Source of the DNA: a virus | Length of the DNA: 64,000 nucleotides | IMG/VR virus record: IMGVR_UViG_3300027983_002383 | Strand: one strand, 5' to 3' | Part shown: in pieces, positions 9,408 to 18,640 of the stretch | How the letters are laid out: every line of letters begins with the position of its first letter | Position numbering within the stretch: the stretch's first letter is position 1 | Notes under the pieces: generated by a model | What the model saw: only the letters and a program-made list of their open reading frames with translations | Database searches by the model: none | What the model was told of the DNA's origin: nothing | Made by a program: the position numbers and the translations under genes

Positions 9408-10619
9408 ATGTTATTAAAAAAGGGGGATAGTGGTCCAGATGTTAGAGAATTACAAACATTATTAGATGATAATGGTTTTTGGACATATTATACAATTACG
9501 GAATATTTTGGGACAGTTACTGAAACATCAGTTAAAAATTTCCAATTCTCAAAACAAATAAAAGTAGATGGTATAGTTGGTAATACAACATATAGTTGTC
9601 TAATAAATGGTGTTAAAAATGATATTATGATAAAAAAAGGAGACAGAGGTAATAAAGTAACAGAAGTTCAACGGATGTTAGGTATTACCACAGACGGTAT
9701 ATTTGGTTCAGGTACGGAATCCTCAGTGAAGGTATTCCAATTAGATAATGGGTTGTTAGTTGACGGTATTGTGGGCGCAAAAACATATGAGACATTAGTA
9801 AACAAAACATTGGGAGATAGTTTTGATAATATAATCGATGTAGATACAGACAGAACCGATTTTGATGATTCTGAAGACACTGATGATAAATTAAATTATT
9901 TAGGTTCTTATACAACAGAAGATGGTTTAGAAATAGATAGGGCTTATTTGGATGGTGATGAATATGTTAAGGATTATGGTAAGATACAACCAGAAAACTT
10001 CTTCATACATCACACCGCTGGATGGAACAACCCATACAATACTATTAATAGTTGGAATAAGGATAAAAGAGGTCGTGTGGCGACACAATATTGTATTGGT
10101 GGGACTAGTACTAAAGTTGGTAGTTACGGTGATGACAAATACAATGGTCAAGTTGTTGAGTGTTTTCCTGATAACTATATAGGATGGCACTTAGGGAAAG
10201 TTGGTAACTTTAATATGTCTAAATACTCTTCAGCAGTTGAGATTAACAACTTTGGTTATGTAACTAAGAGAGATGGTAAATATTACACCTATATCAATAG
10301 TGAGGTACCAGAAAGTATGGTGTGTGATTTAGGTTACGAGTTCAGAGGTCACCAGTATTGGCACGCATATACCCCAAAACAAATAGAATCTTTAAGATTA
10401 TTGATAAATCATACTAAACGTTTATACCCTAATATTGATATGTCCGCTGGGTTACCACAACTATTAAAAGATGGTGTACACCCTAAAGATGCTTTTGGGT
10501 TTAATGAAGACGCTTATTATGGTAGAATCAAAGGGTTGTGGACTCACACTAATGTTAGAAAAGATAAGTTTGATTGTTTCCCACAAACTGAACTAGTAGA
10601 ATTATTAAAATCGTTATAA
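9408..10619 (+). CDS. endolysin/lysin: two peptidoglycan-binding domains + N-acetylmuramoyl-L-alanine amidase
   Basis: LKKGD.G..V.ELQ / DGIVG..T repeats; FIHHTAG, GWH, VEI, THTNV..DKFDCFP. Confidence 0.88.
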   Translation: MLLKKGDSGPDVRELQTLLDDNGFWTYYTITEYFGTVTETSVKNFQFSKQIKVDGIVGNTTYSCLINGVKNDIMIKKGDRGNKVTEVQRMLGITTDGIFGSGTESSVKVFQLDNGLLVDGIVGAKTYETLVNKTLGDSFDNIIDVDTDRTDFDDSEDTDDKLNYLGSYTTEDGLEIDRAYLDGDEYVKDYGKIQPENFFIHHTAGWNNPYNTINSWNKDKRGRVATQYCIGGTSTKVGSYGDDKYNGQVVECFPDNYIGWHLGKVGNFNMSKYSSAVEINNFGYVTKRDGKYYTYINSEVPESMVCDLGYEFRGHQYWHAYTPKQIESLRLLINHTKRLYPNIDMSAGLPQLLKDGVHPKDAFGFNEDAYYGRIKGLWTHTNVRKDKFDCFPQTELVELLKSL

Positions 10620-10657
10620 AGTATTTATTTTTTAATAAATTGTGTTATTATTTTAAT

Positions 10658-11125
10658 ATGAAACATTCCGAATTCATGGATTATATATCAGTACCTTTAA
10701 CTTATGAACAAATGCATTTGTTATATAGGGCGAATAATATAAAATATGAAAAGTGTGAGTTATTTTATGATTTCATAAAATCCATTAACAAAATAATCCA
10801 CACCACCTATTTAGGTTCAGAATTCATAAAAACTGAAAATGAAATACATCAACACTTCGATTGGTGCATAAATAAAGTGTTTGATGATTTCAAAGAAGAA
10901 AATATAATCTTTGGGGATATAAAACAAATTAAAGATTATTTTTATTTTTTTTATGTTGAATTGTTTTATAATGGTAAGGGTGATGAAGATATGTTAATTA
11001 AATTAAATAGGTTACCAGACTTTTCTTTTAATTACCATAAATTAAAATCTAGGTCAGATATTGATGTTTTAATAGAATTATATAAAGTATTAGATAAAAG
11101 TCTCACTAAAAAAGTAAAAAAATAG
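10658..11125 (+). CDS. hypothetical protein
   Basis: ORF; ATG 10658 preferred to upstream TTG. Confidence 0.7.
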   Translation: MKHSEFMDYISVPLTYEQMHLLYRANNIKYEKCELFYDFIKSINKIIHTTYLGSEFIKTENEIHQHFDWCINKVFDDFKEENIIFGDIKQIKDYFYFFYVELFYNGKGDEDMLIKLNRLPDFSFNYHKLKSRSDIDVLIELYKVLDKSLTKKVKK

Positions 11126-11170
11126 GTTTTACTATTGATTATGACATTATAAAGGCTTAATGTTGTACAT

Positions 11171-11410
11171 ATGAATAATAAGATTAAGTTTTTGGAATTG
11201 ATATTGTCGGATTTAATATCCCATAGAGATACAATTGAAATGGAGTTAAGTAGGTTATTAAATGAAGAAGCCACCCCTATTATACATAAAAAAATAAATT
11301 TCGATAAAACATTAGAAGATATTGTTTTAACGAATAATAAAATAAAAACGTTAAGTGAATACATGTCAGTTCTTGGGCAGGTAAATGACGTTAATAATAA
11401 CAATGAATAA
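11171..11410 (+). CDS. small coiled-coil hypothetical protein
   Basis: ORF in operon. Confidence 0.65.
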   Translation: MNNKIKFLELILSDLISHRDTIEMELSRLLNEEATPIIHKKINFDKTLEDIVLTNNKIKTLSEYMSVLGQVNDVNNNNE

Positions 11411-11421
11411 AAATTTATAAC

Positions 11422-11595
11422 ATGGAATTGTATGAACAATTAAAAAATTTAGTGGCACAACTAGAAGAAGACACTACTAAATTTTACGACAAAGGGAACA
11501 AAGCTGCTGGTACGAGAGTACGAAAAGGTTGTCAAGACATTAAAAACTTATGTCAAGACATTAGAGTTGATGTTTCTTCTAAAAAGAATTTATAA
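11422..11595 (+). CDS. histone H1-like Hc1 family small protein (57 aa, not in ORF track)
   Basis: MELYEQLKNLVAQLEEDTTKFYDKGNKAAGTRVRKGCQDIKNLCQDIR matches the KF..KGNKAAGTR.RK motif of Bacteroidota Hc1-like proteins. Confidence 0.85.
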   Translation: MELYEQLKNLVAQLEEDTTKFYDKGNKAAGTRVRKGCQDIKNLCQDIRVDVSSKKNL

Positions 11596-11605
11596 AAAAT
11601 ATTAT

Positions 11606-11797
11606 ATGGATATAGTTAATAAAATATTGATGTTACTTTTTATCTTTTCCACTTTAAATGTGGTTAGACATAGTTTCTTTTTACTGAGAAGTTTTAGGAG
11701 CGATGAGAAATTTATTTTAGATAAGTACTCGTTATTTTTTTTAGGTGTATCCATATCATACCTTTTAATGTCAATAATTAACGGAATAACACTATAA
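11606..11797 (+). CDS. small 2-TM membrane protein
   Basis: Two hydrophobic helices. Confidence 0.65.
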   Translation: MDIVNKILMLLFIFSTLNVVRHSFFLLRSFRSDEKFILDKYSLFFLGVSISYLLMSIINGITL

Positions 11798-11800
11798 TAA

Positions 11801-12307
11801 ATGATTCAAGAAAAATTAAATGAGTTAAGACCTTATGTAACTGGTATTAGATTTGTAAAAGATTTACCAGTTGTAGATGTACTTTTACGAGATGGGTGGG
11901 ATATGTTTGAATCAGAAAATGTTATCTATAAATTAAGTGCTAATAATGAAAATTACTTTATGGTTCACCCAAAAGATCCAAAAGAATCGTTAGATGTTGT
12001 TTTGGATCACGTTGAATATGTAATAGAGTTTAATATTGAGAAAGAAAATAAATTAACACTATTAAAGGCGAAGATGGAGGAGTTGAAAGTTTTATTTACT
12101 GATAAGTCTTTAAAGGATTTGGAGAAATTAAAGTTTATCATAATGAATGAAACTATACCAGAACCAACATTGGATGATATACCTACGTCACCTTATAGTA
12201 GAATGACTACAAAGAATGGTGTAGAATTACCACCTAAACTACCAAAGGATTTAGATGTCAATATGAATGGACAAAGGAGAGAAAATTTAGAAAAAGAGGA
12301 AAATTAA
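11801..12307 (+). CDS. hypothetical protein
   Basis: ORF in operon. Confidence 0.7.
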   Translation: MIQEKLNELRPYVTGIRFVKDLPVVDVLLRDGWDMFESENVIYKLSANNENYFMVHPKDPKESLDVVLDHVEYVIEFNIEKENKLTLLKAKMEELKVLFTDKSLKDLEKLKFIIMNETIPEPTLDDIPTSPYSRMTTKNGVELPPKLPKDLDVNMNGQRRENLEKEEN

Positions 12308-12320
12308 TTTTCCTCTTTTT

Positions 12321-12641
12321 TTATCCTTCTAATCTTTCTTGAATGGTGTGTATTAGCCACGTTGTTCCTGAGATTAAACAAGAATCTAAAAATAATGATA
12401 TATATATATTTTCTAACCCATTTGAGTAAAATGGTGAAAATTCTACATATCCACTAATTTGTGAACCTAATGATAGGAAAAATCCTACCCACCAAGGTGT
12501 ACACATCATACAATTAAGTAATTTCCCAAAAAATTTGGGGTTGTAGATTTCAGCGGTTTCTCTTAAACCACTAAATAATGATCCAAATACTACTATATTA
12601 GATATAGAGTACCCCACCAAAATAATTATTAATAATTCCAT
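12321..12641 (-). CDS. DUF1360-like membrane protein
   Basis: TM helices around LLNCMMCTPWWVG; start at MELL. Confidence 0.55.
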   Translation of the reverse strand: MELLIIILVGYSISNIVVFGSLFSGLRETAEIYNPKFFGKLLNCMMCTPWWVGFFLSLGSQISGYVEFSPFYSNGLENIYISLFLDSCLISGTTWLIHTIQERLEG

Positions 12642-12695
12642 ACTATTTATTTTATTAAAATTTTTATGATATTTATTAATATAATAATAGTAAAA

Positions 12696-13607
12696 ATGAA
12701 AGTAATAGTAAATAGAAAACAATATGAAAAGGTAATAACAGAGTCTAAAGGATACTCCAAAAACGTGGAAAAGTGGGCGGATTATGTGACAGATGAGATA
12801 CTACCTTTAATAATGAAACAAGATATTGAGGAGGACGTATACATTTTAAAGAAATTATCTTTAAAATTAAAAGGTGAGGGGTTCTATGAAGATATCCCTA
12901 TTGATAGTGTTATAGTGACTGTTATTATTAATGATAGTGTAGATGACGAAGCTTCAGTAGATATGTCTTATAACCCACATTGGACACAAATAGTGGGAAA
13001 TGAAGATGGTACTTACAATATTTTAGATGCTGAGTTTGATGTGGTATTAACAATACCTAAAGATAGAGAAAGTGTTAATTATGAGACACTATATTATTAT
13101 GTTTCATCATTTTTTTCGCATGAATTTATGCATTTAAACGAATGGGTTAAAAGATTTTTAGAAGACCCTAAAGAATTAAAGGGTTGTGAAGAGGTATATC
13201 AAAATGGTAATATTAATGGGGATGCTGTAGATAGAATTGGTTACATGTTATATGTTTCACTATCGTTTGAATTGAATTCATTTATTCAACAAGCTGGGAC
13301 TATGATATCTAAAAGAAATCCAGAAGATAATCAACAATTCATGACTTATCTAAAAGAATTGCCTATGTATACTTTCGCAGAAACTATGGTGAACTACGAC
13401 ATTAACACATATTTAGAAGAAATTAATAACTTACCTAAAGATAGAATTGTTGAATTGAATAAAATGATGTTATGTTATTATTATGAAGAAGGTAAGGTAC
13501 CTAAATTTAAACCTATTGAAAAATTCTTATCAGATATAGATAAACATTTTAAAATTAGGGGTGAAGGGTTAAAAAGAAAATTATTAAGATTAATTACTGT
13601 AGTATGA
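12696..13607 (+). CDS. leader-bearing protein with HExxH metalloprotease-like motif
   Basis: MKVIVNRKQYEKVITES leader; SHEFMH; ATATTTAT at 12669. Confidence 0.55.
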   Translation: MKVIVNRKQYEKVITESKGYSKNVEKWADYVTDEILPLIMKQDIEEDVYILKKLSLKLKGEGFYEDIPIDSVIVTVIINDSVDDEASVDMSYNPHWTQIVGNEDGTYNILDAEFDVVLTIPKDRESVNYETLYYYVSSFFSHEFMHLNEWVKRFLEDPKELKGCEEVYQNGNINGDAVDRIGYMLYVSLSFELNSFIQQAGTMISKRNPEDNQQFMTYLKELPMYTFAETMVNYDINTYLEEINNLPKDRIVELNKMMLCYYYEEGKVPKFKPIEKFLSDIDKHFKIRGEGLKRKLLRLITVV

Positions 13608-14446
13608 AAAGAATTATTTTAACAGAGAGTCAATATAAAAGATTGGTTAAAAAACCTTTAAATGAGCAAAATGTAATTTTTGATTCTGGATATGATTGGG
13701 AAGATGTGAAAACATTCCAGATGATAAACATTCTCGGAAGCCTAACAGATAGTATTTTTTCTAATTTCAATGAAAATTTATATGTCAAATCAATAGATGG
13801 GGATAAAGTAGTTATCGACTTTGAAAAGTATGATGAGATAAAACGAGATGAAATAAAAAAATACATAATAGATGAATTTAATAGAGAAGTTACTTTTACA
13901 GATAACCCTGATGATAATATGGATGATGAGGGTAATATAGATTTTAGTTTTGATAGTGAACCTCTTGATGATGAAGAAAAAGAAATAAATGTAAACATAG
14001 ACACCAATTACAGTGACGATACAATGGGGTTCAAAACAGGTGGGGTAGACAGCCGACTAGCTATGGTTGGTGGTACGGGTAACAACTGGAATGGGTCGAT
14101 GCCTAGAGCATTATCAATAGCTAAAATGATCCATAAAGAATTTAATGTGGTACCCTCTTCACAAAAACGAAGAAAAAAACAAACAGAAAATGGGTCAACA
14201 TCTCAACACTACTTCAAAAACTTTGATTCATACGCGGTGGATTTACCAACTGGTACAGTCAAAAAGAGTTCATCGAAAGATAATAAAGGAGATAAAATGT
14301 TCAATATGATAGTAGACGTTTTAGGTCAACCAAATACCACATCAGGTAAATGGTTAAATATTATTTACGATGGTTATAAGTATAATATCGGATGGAGAGT
14401 AAAAGATCACTATAACCATATACATGTTGGTGTTAAAAAGAATTGA
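13604..14446 (+). CDS. leader-bearing protein with C-terminal M15/Hedgehog-fold peptidase-like domain
   Basis: MKRIILTESQYKRLVKKPLNE leader; SQH...AVD...HYNHIHV. Confidence 0.55.
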   Translation: MKRIILTESQYKRLVKKPLNEQNVIFDSGYDWEDVKTFQMINILGSLTDSIFSNFNENLYVKSIDGDKVVIDFEKYDEIKRDEIKKYIIDEFNREVTFTDNPDDNMDDEGNIDFSFDSEPLDDEEKEINVNIDTNYSDDTMGFKTGGVDSRLAMVGGTGNNWNGSMPRALSIAKMIHKEFNVVPSSQKRRKKQTENGSTSQHYFKNFDSYAVDLPTGTVKKSSSKDNKGDKMFNMIVDVLGQPNTTSGKWLNIIYDGYKYNIGWRVKDHYNHIHVGVKKN

Positions 14447-14565
14447 TAAACAATGTGAATGTAAATTAAATGAAGAAACTCAAAGTTATGGGTGGTTTAC
14501 CTTTAATAGGTTACCAAAACCATTATTTCCTACCCTATATTCTTCACTTGTTAGAATATTTTAAC

Positions 14566-14573
14566 TATATTTG
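14566..14573 (+). promoter_or_regulatory. Bacteroidota-type -7 element TATATTTG
   Basis: TAnnTTTG 4 nt before ATG 14578. Confidence 0.6.
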
Positions 14574-14577
14574 TAAT

Positions 14578-14769
14578 ATGGACGATATTAAAAAGGTTGA
14601 TAGGGATATGGATGCTGAAAAACAAAAAACCCAGATAAAGAAAGAAAAGTTTATAAGGGATATCAAAGGTGGTCTCGGTAACCACATCAAAAGAAACGGT
14701 GGTGTGGTTAAAAAAATAAAGAAATCCCGATTTAAAGTATTTTGGGGTAGGTTAATGAATATGTTTTAA
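14578..14769 (+). CDS. small basic hypothetical protein
   Basis: ATG after promoter. Confidence 0.65.
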   Translation: MDDIKKVDRDMDAEKQKTQIKKEKFIRDIKGGLGNHIKRNGGVVKKIKKSRFKVFWGRLMNMF

Positions 14770-14770
14770 C

Positions 14771-14992
14771 ATGAATTTAGAAAAAATTTTACAGATTACT
14801 AACGAATGTATCACTAATGATGTCATTGAAATCGAGGGGTTAACCATTAGTTATAAATTAACTGAAGAAGTCCATAAAAAATTGGATGAGGAATTGTTTT
14901 TAAATACGAATAGTAACTTAACTAATTTTGTACATAATGAGGTAATAGAACTTAATTTAGGTGGTATTACCTTTGTCTTTGAGATAATCTGA
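14771..14992 (+). CDS. small hypothetical protein
   Basis: ORF. Confidence 0.65.
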   Translation: MNLEKILQITNECITNDVIEIEGLTISYKLTEEVHKKLDEELFLNTNSNLTNFVHNEVIELNLGGITFVFEII

Positions 14993-14993
14993 T

Positions 14994-15022
14994 TTGACAT
15001 TCTAAAATAAAATCCATATCAT
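14994..15022 (+). promoter_or_regulatory. canonical sigma70-type promoter
   Basis: TTGACA-17-TATCAT upstream of 15043. Confidence 0.7.
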
Positions 15023-15042
15023 TGTTTTAAATAAAAAATATT

Positions 15043-16056
15043 ATGGGTAAAGAAGGAAACAACGATGATATTATGGACTTTATCTTAAACGATGATAAAG
15101 AAACATATGATAATGGATTATCTCACCCAAGTGTTGAATTTGAAGAGGGTGAAAGAAAAGAAGTTGATAAGATTTTAGAGGAGAAGATAATTAGTTATCA
15201 TTGTTGTGAAAGATTCTATGGTAATGAAAAATTGGTTTGTGATACGATACGAAAGTTAGGTAGTTGGTTAGGTGACTACAAAGGTTTAAATATGAAAGAT
15301 ATTGTTGATAAAGTATTGTCTGACGTGTTAGTATGTGAAGATATGAATAACAAATATCAACAACCATTGGAGTACCTTTATAAAACTGGGAAGGTTGAGG
15401 ATATAATTAAAAAAACTGACGGTACATATTATACAAAAAAACTTACCAACTGTTGTTTGGTTAAAGATGATAACGGTGAGTGGGACTATGTAAATAAATT
15501 AAATACCAACTACAATGACTTAGCTGAGTTATTAACCACTTTATTTTTAAAGGGTGGTAAGATTGAAGAATTATCAAAGATGAATTCGGCGGAAATAAAA
15601 ATATACCTTACTAACATTAGAAAGGGTAATGTATTATTAAAATTATTTATGAAGTATTTTACGGTGGACGAATATTCAGACTTCACCTATAATACAAAAA
15701 GTAATACTATAACGGGTGACTATGTTGAGGACTTAACTAAACAGATGTTGGAGAAGGAAGGTTACACAACGTTATATGAAGGCGGAAACGGTGACTTTAT
15801 TGATATGAGGTATGGTATTGATTTAATTGTGGAGAAAGATGGTGATATAAGTCTTGTACAGGTTAAGAGTAGAGCTACAACAGCCAAATATTCTATCAGT
15901 AAGGAATCTTATAGATATATTGATATCTTCGCTGGTGAGTCACCTGACGGTAATGGTATTACAATGTACCATAGAAATGATGGGTTTAATGAAAGATTTA
16001 TCGGTAAAGAGGTTTTAAATTCTAATATGGAATATCTTAAGAAAAGATATATGTAA
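15043..16056 (+). CDS. protein with C-terminal PD-(D/E)xK (Mrr-like) nuclease domain
   Basis: GDYVE...GIDLIVEKDGDISLVQVKS. Confidence 0.5.
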   Translation: MGKEGNNDDIMDFILNDDKETYDNGLSHPSVEFEEGERKEVDKILEEKIISYHCCERFYGNEKLVCDTIRKLGSWLGDYKGLNMKDIVDKVLSDVLVCEDMNNKYQQPLEYLYKTGKVEDIIKKTDGTYYTKKLTNCCLVKDDNGEWDYVNKLNTNYNDLAELLTTLFLKGGKIEELSKMNSAEIKIYLTNIRKGNVLLKLFMKYFTVDEYSDFTYNTKSNTITGDYVEDLTKQMLEKEGYTTLYEGGNGDFIDMRYGIDLIVEKDGDISLVQVKSRATTAKYSISKESYRYIDIFAGESPDGNGITMYHRNDGFNERFIGKEVLNSNMEYLKKRYM

Positions 16057-16076
16057 TTTCATTATTACTTAGAACT

Positions 16077-16142
16077 CTAATTTAGTACCTCCTTAACAAT
16101 TCTATGTAGATCCGATTCTTTTAATCTAACTATTTTTTTCAT
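16077..16142 (-). CDS. leader-only minigene MKKIVRLKESDLHRIVKEVLN (21 aa)
   Basis: Hand-translated; preceded on its strand by ATATTTAT (plus 16162..16169); resembles the shared leader family. Confidence 0.55.
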   Translation of the reverse strand: MKKIVRLKESDLHRIVKEVLN

Positions 16143-16214
16143 GTTAATTTAGGTTATCTTTATAAATATTAAGTATAGTGTAAAAATATAGAAATATGTT
16201 GATATTTATATTAT

Positions 16215-16286
16215 ATGGAAGATTTTGATAAATATTTGGATCAGTTGGTGGAAAACTTTTATGATACTGGAAATTTTGATATTTAA
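16215..16286 (+). CDS. 23-aa acidic mini-ORF MEDFDKYLDQLVENFYDTGNFDI
   Basis: ATATTTAT at 16202, 5 nt before ATG; divergent from leader minigene. Confidence 0.35.
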   Translation: MEDFDKYLDQLVENFYDTGNFDI

Positions 16287-16319
16287 AATAAAATAGTTAT
16301 ATTTATATAAAAAAGAATT

Positions 16320-16961
16320 ATGGGTTGTGATGTACATATGTTTGTTGAAAAGTATAATAATAATAGTGGAGAATGGTCACCGATTGGTAAGGTTCTTCCT
16401 GATATGGTTGCTATAGATAAGATTGTAAAATTTATGACCCACCATTTAGGTACTACACATAAAGAAGGTAAAGAACTGATTTTTAAATTCTTAAAAGGTG
16501 TAAAACCAACAACCAAATTCGAAGACTATGTTTTAAATATATTTTTACCTGAAGAAGTCCCTATGGAAGATGATGGATATAACTGGTGGGACAATGAAGG
16601 TAAATTATCATACCCATTTACCAGAGAACCATATAGTGGTAGAAACTACAATTTATTTGGTGCTTTGGCTAATGTGAGGAACTATACTATGGAAAAGGTT
16701 GCTGAATGGGAAAGAGGGTTGCCTGATGATGTTTCAGACGATATATGTACATTGAGTGATGAATGGGGTATTGATGGTCATTCCCACAACCATTTATATA
16801 TGGATGAGTTAGTTAATAGTAAGTATTATAAAATGACAGAAGATGAGTTAAATGAGTTAGGGTTAGGTACTCACTTTTTTAATGATACAGTGAATAATAT
16901 ATTAGATTTTGTTGATGCTGACTCTAAAGATATTAGAATAGTTTTTTGGTTTGATAATTAA
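16320..16961 (+). CDS. conserved phage hypothetical protein
   Basis: MGCDVH..VE, RNY.LFGALANVR, HSH, RIVFWFDN pattern typical of a phage family. Confidence 0.7.
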   Translation: MGCDVHMFVEKYNNNSGEWSPIGKVLPDMVAIDKIVKFMTHHLGTTHKEGKELIFKFLKGVKPTTKFEDYVLNIFLPEEVPMEDDGYNWWDNEGKLSYPFTREPYSGRNYNLFGALANVRNYTMEKVAEWERGLPDDVSDDICTLSDEWGIDGHSHNHLYMDELVNSKYYKMTEDELNELGLGTHFFNDTVNNILDFVDADSKDIRIVFWFDN

Positions 16962-17113
16962 TGATTATGAAAAAATACGATCAACATAAAGTTAAAAGAG
17001 GTGTCATTCGAAAGGATAAAATCGATGATGGTTTCTTTGATGGTAGGTTCGTTTCTAGGAGTGAAACCCCTAAAAATATCTATTCAAGGACGATTAAACA
17101 CAAAAAAAAGTAA
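16961..17113 (+). CDS. ArfA-like alternative ribosome-rescue factor candidate (50 aa, not in ORF track)
   Basis: MIMKKYDQHKVKRGVIRKDKIDDGFFDGRFVSRSETPKNIYSRTIKHKKK; D..F..R.E..K...Y.R..KH pattern as in E. coli ArfA. Confidence 0.55.
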   Translation: MIMKKYDQHKVKRGVIRKDKIDDGFFDGRFVSRSETPKNIYSRTIKHKKK

Positions 17114-17130
17114 AAAAGATTTAAATAAAT

Positions 17131-17161
17131 TTGACTTTTAAGTAAAAAGTTATTATATTTG
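17131..17161 (+). promoter_or_regulatory. hybrid promoter
   Basis: TTGACT-17-TATATT overlapping TATATTTG, upstream of DUF2828 gene. Confidence 0.65.
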
Positions 17162-17199
17162 TAATTGTAATCGTAATTAACTAAAAGACAACTTAAGAA

Positions 17200-18621
17200 A
17201 TGGATACTTCACAAACAGATATGGTAAAAACAGATGAAAAGGTAACTCTAACCGACAACGGTATGGTTACAAACCCAACAACGTTGAACAGTTGTGTGGA
17301 TCTTTTCTTTTCCATAGGTGCTATGAGAGGTAAGTCTAAAGATAAAGTTATTTCGTTATTTAACGAAGCTTACGAAGAAAACCCATTAGTTGCGTCTAAA
17401 GTTTTGTTTTGGACTCGAGATGTTAGAAGTGGGGCTGGAGAGAGACAAATCTTTAGAGATATATTATCTCACTTAGTTACTACATCACCACAAACAGTTA
17501 GAAAAAACATTGGACTGATTCCTGAATTTGGAAGATGGGACGATGTATTAGTGTTGATTGGAACAGAATTAGAGGACGATGCGTTCACACTAATTAAAAC
17601 TGCGTTAATCAATGAATCTAAGATGTGTTCAAAATGGATGTCAAGAAAAGGTGATGTGTCTAACAAACTTAGAAAACTCTTTAAGATGACACCTAAAGAA
17701 TATAGAAAGATGTTGGTTAACTTAACTAATGTTGTAGAATCTAAGATGTGTTCTAATAAATGGGAGGATATTGACTATTCGAAACTACCTTCTTTAGCTT
17801 CATCTAGATATCAAAAATCATTTGTAAAAAATGATACTGAAAGATATGAGGAATATAAGAAAGCATTAGTAGATGGAACTGCGAAAGTTAATGCTGGTGC
17901 AGTTTACCCATACGATATTATTAAAAGTATAAATAATGGTGGTGACAAAGTTGTTTCTCAGAAACAATGGGAGTCTCTTCCCAATTGGATGGAAAATTCA
18001 TCTGAATTAATACTACCCGTTGTGGATGTATCAGGATCTATGTGTTGTCCAGCTGGTGGTAACGATAACCTTAGTTGTATGGACGTTGCAATCTCATTAG
18101 GTATGTACATATCAGAAAGAAACGAAGGTAACTTCAAAGACTCTTTTATTACCTTCTCTAATACCCCACAACTACAATACTTAACTGGTGGACTTAGTGA
18201 AAGACTAGAACAACTTAGGAGAGCTGATTGGGGTATGAGTACTGATTTAGAAGCTGTTTTTAATTTGATTTTAAATCAAGCTAAAACATTCGACATCCCA
18301 CAGGATAAGATGCCAACTAAGATAATGATTTTATCAGATATGCAGTTTAATGAAGCAACACGTAGAGGTGATATAGGAGCTAATTCTATGATTGATACAA
18401 TGTATGAGGAAGCTGGATATAAAAAACCAGATATTGTATACTGGAATCTAAACTCCACTGGAGCTAATTTCCCAGTAGAATTTAATAAAAATGGTACCGC
18501 ATTGGTATCAGGGTTCAGTCCATCCATATTGAAATCAATTTTGGGCGGAAAGAATATGACACCAGAATCCATATTGATGGATACTGTTAATGATGAAAGA
18601 TATAGTGTAATAACTATATAA
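17200..18621 (+). CDS. DUF2828 family protein (TROVE/Ro-like helical region + vWA domain)
   Basis: TDNG...NPTT.NSCVDLFF, RDVRSGAGER, GRWDD, KW..RK, MIDAS-like DVSGSM, TFS, ILSDMQF, YWNL, VSGFSP. Confidence 0.88.
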   Translation: MDTSQTDMVKTDEKVTLTDNGMVTNPTTLNSCVDLFFSIGAMRGKSKDKVISLFNEAYEENPLVASKVLFWTRDVRSGAGERQIFRDILSHLVTTSPQTVRKNIGLIPEFGRWDDVLVLIGTELEDDAFTLIKTALINESKMCSKWMSRKGDVSNKLRKLFKMTPKEYRKMLVNLTNVVESKMCSNKWEDIDYSKLPSLASSRYQKSFVKNDTERYEEYKKALVDGTAKVNAGAVYPYDIIKSINNGGDKVVSQKQWESLPNWMENSSELILPVVDVSGSMCCPAGGNDNLSCMDVAISLGMYISERNEGNFKDSFITFSNTPQLQYLTGGLSERLEQLRRADWGMSTDLEAVFNLILNQAKTFDIPQDKMPTKIMILSDMQFNEATRRGDIGANSMIDTMYEEAGYKKPDIVYWNLNSTGANFPVEFNKNGTALVSGFSPSILKSILGGKNMTPESILMDTVNDERYSVITI

Positions 18622-18624
18622 GAC

Positions 18625-18636
18625 GTTCTTTGAAAA
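18625..18636 (+). promoter_or_regulatory. boxA-like antitermination element
   Basis: GTTCTTTGAAAA between DUF2828 stop and first structured RNA. Confidence 0.45.
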
Positions 18637-18640
18637 ATAT

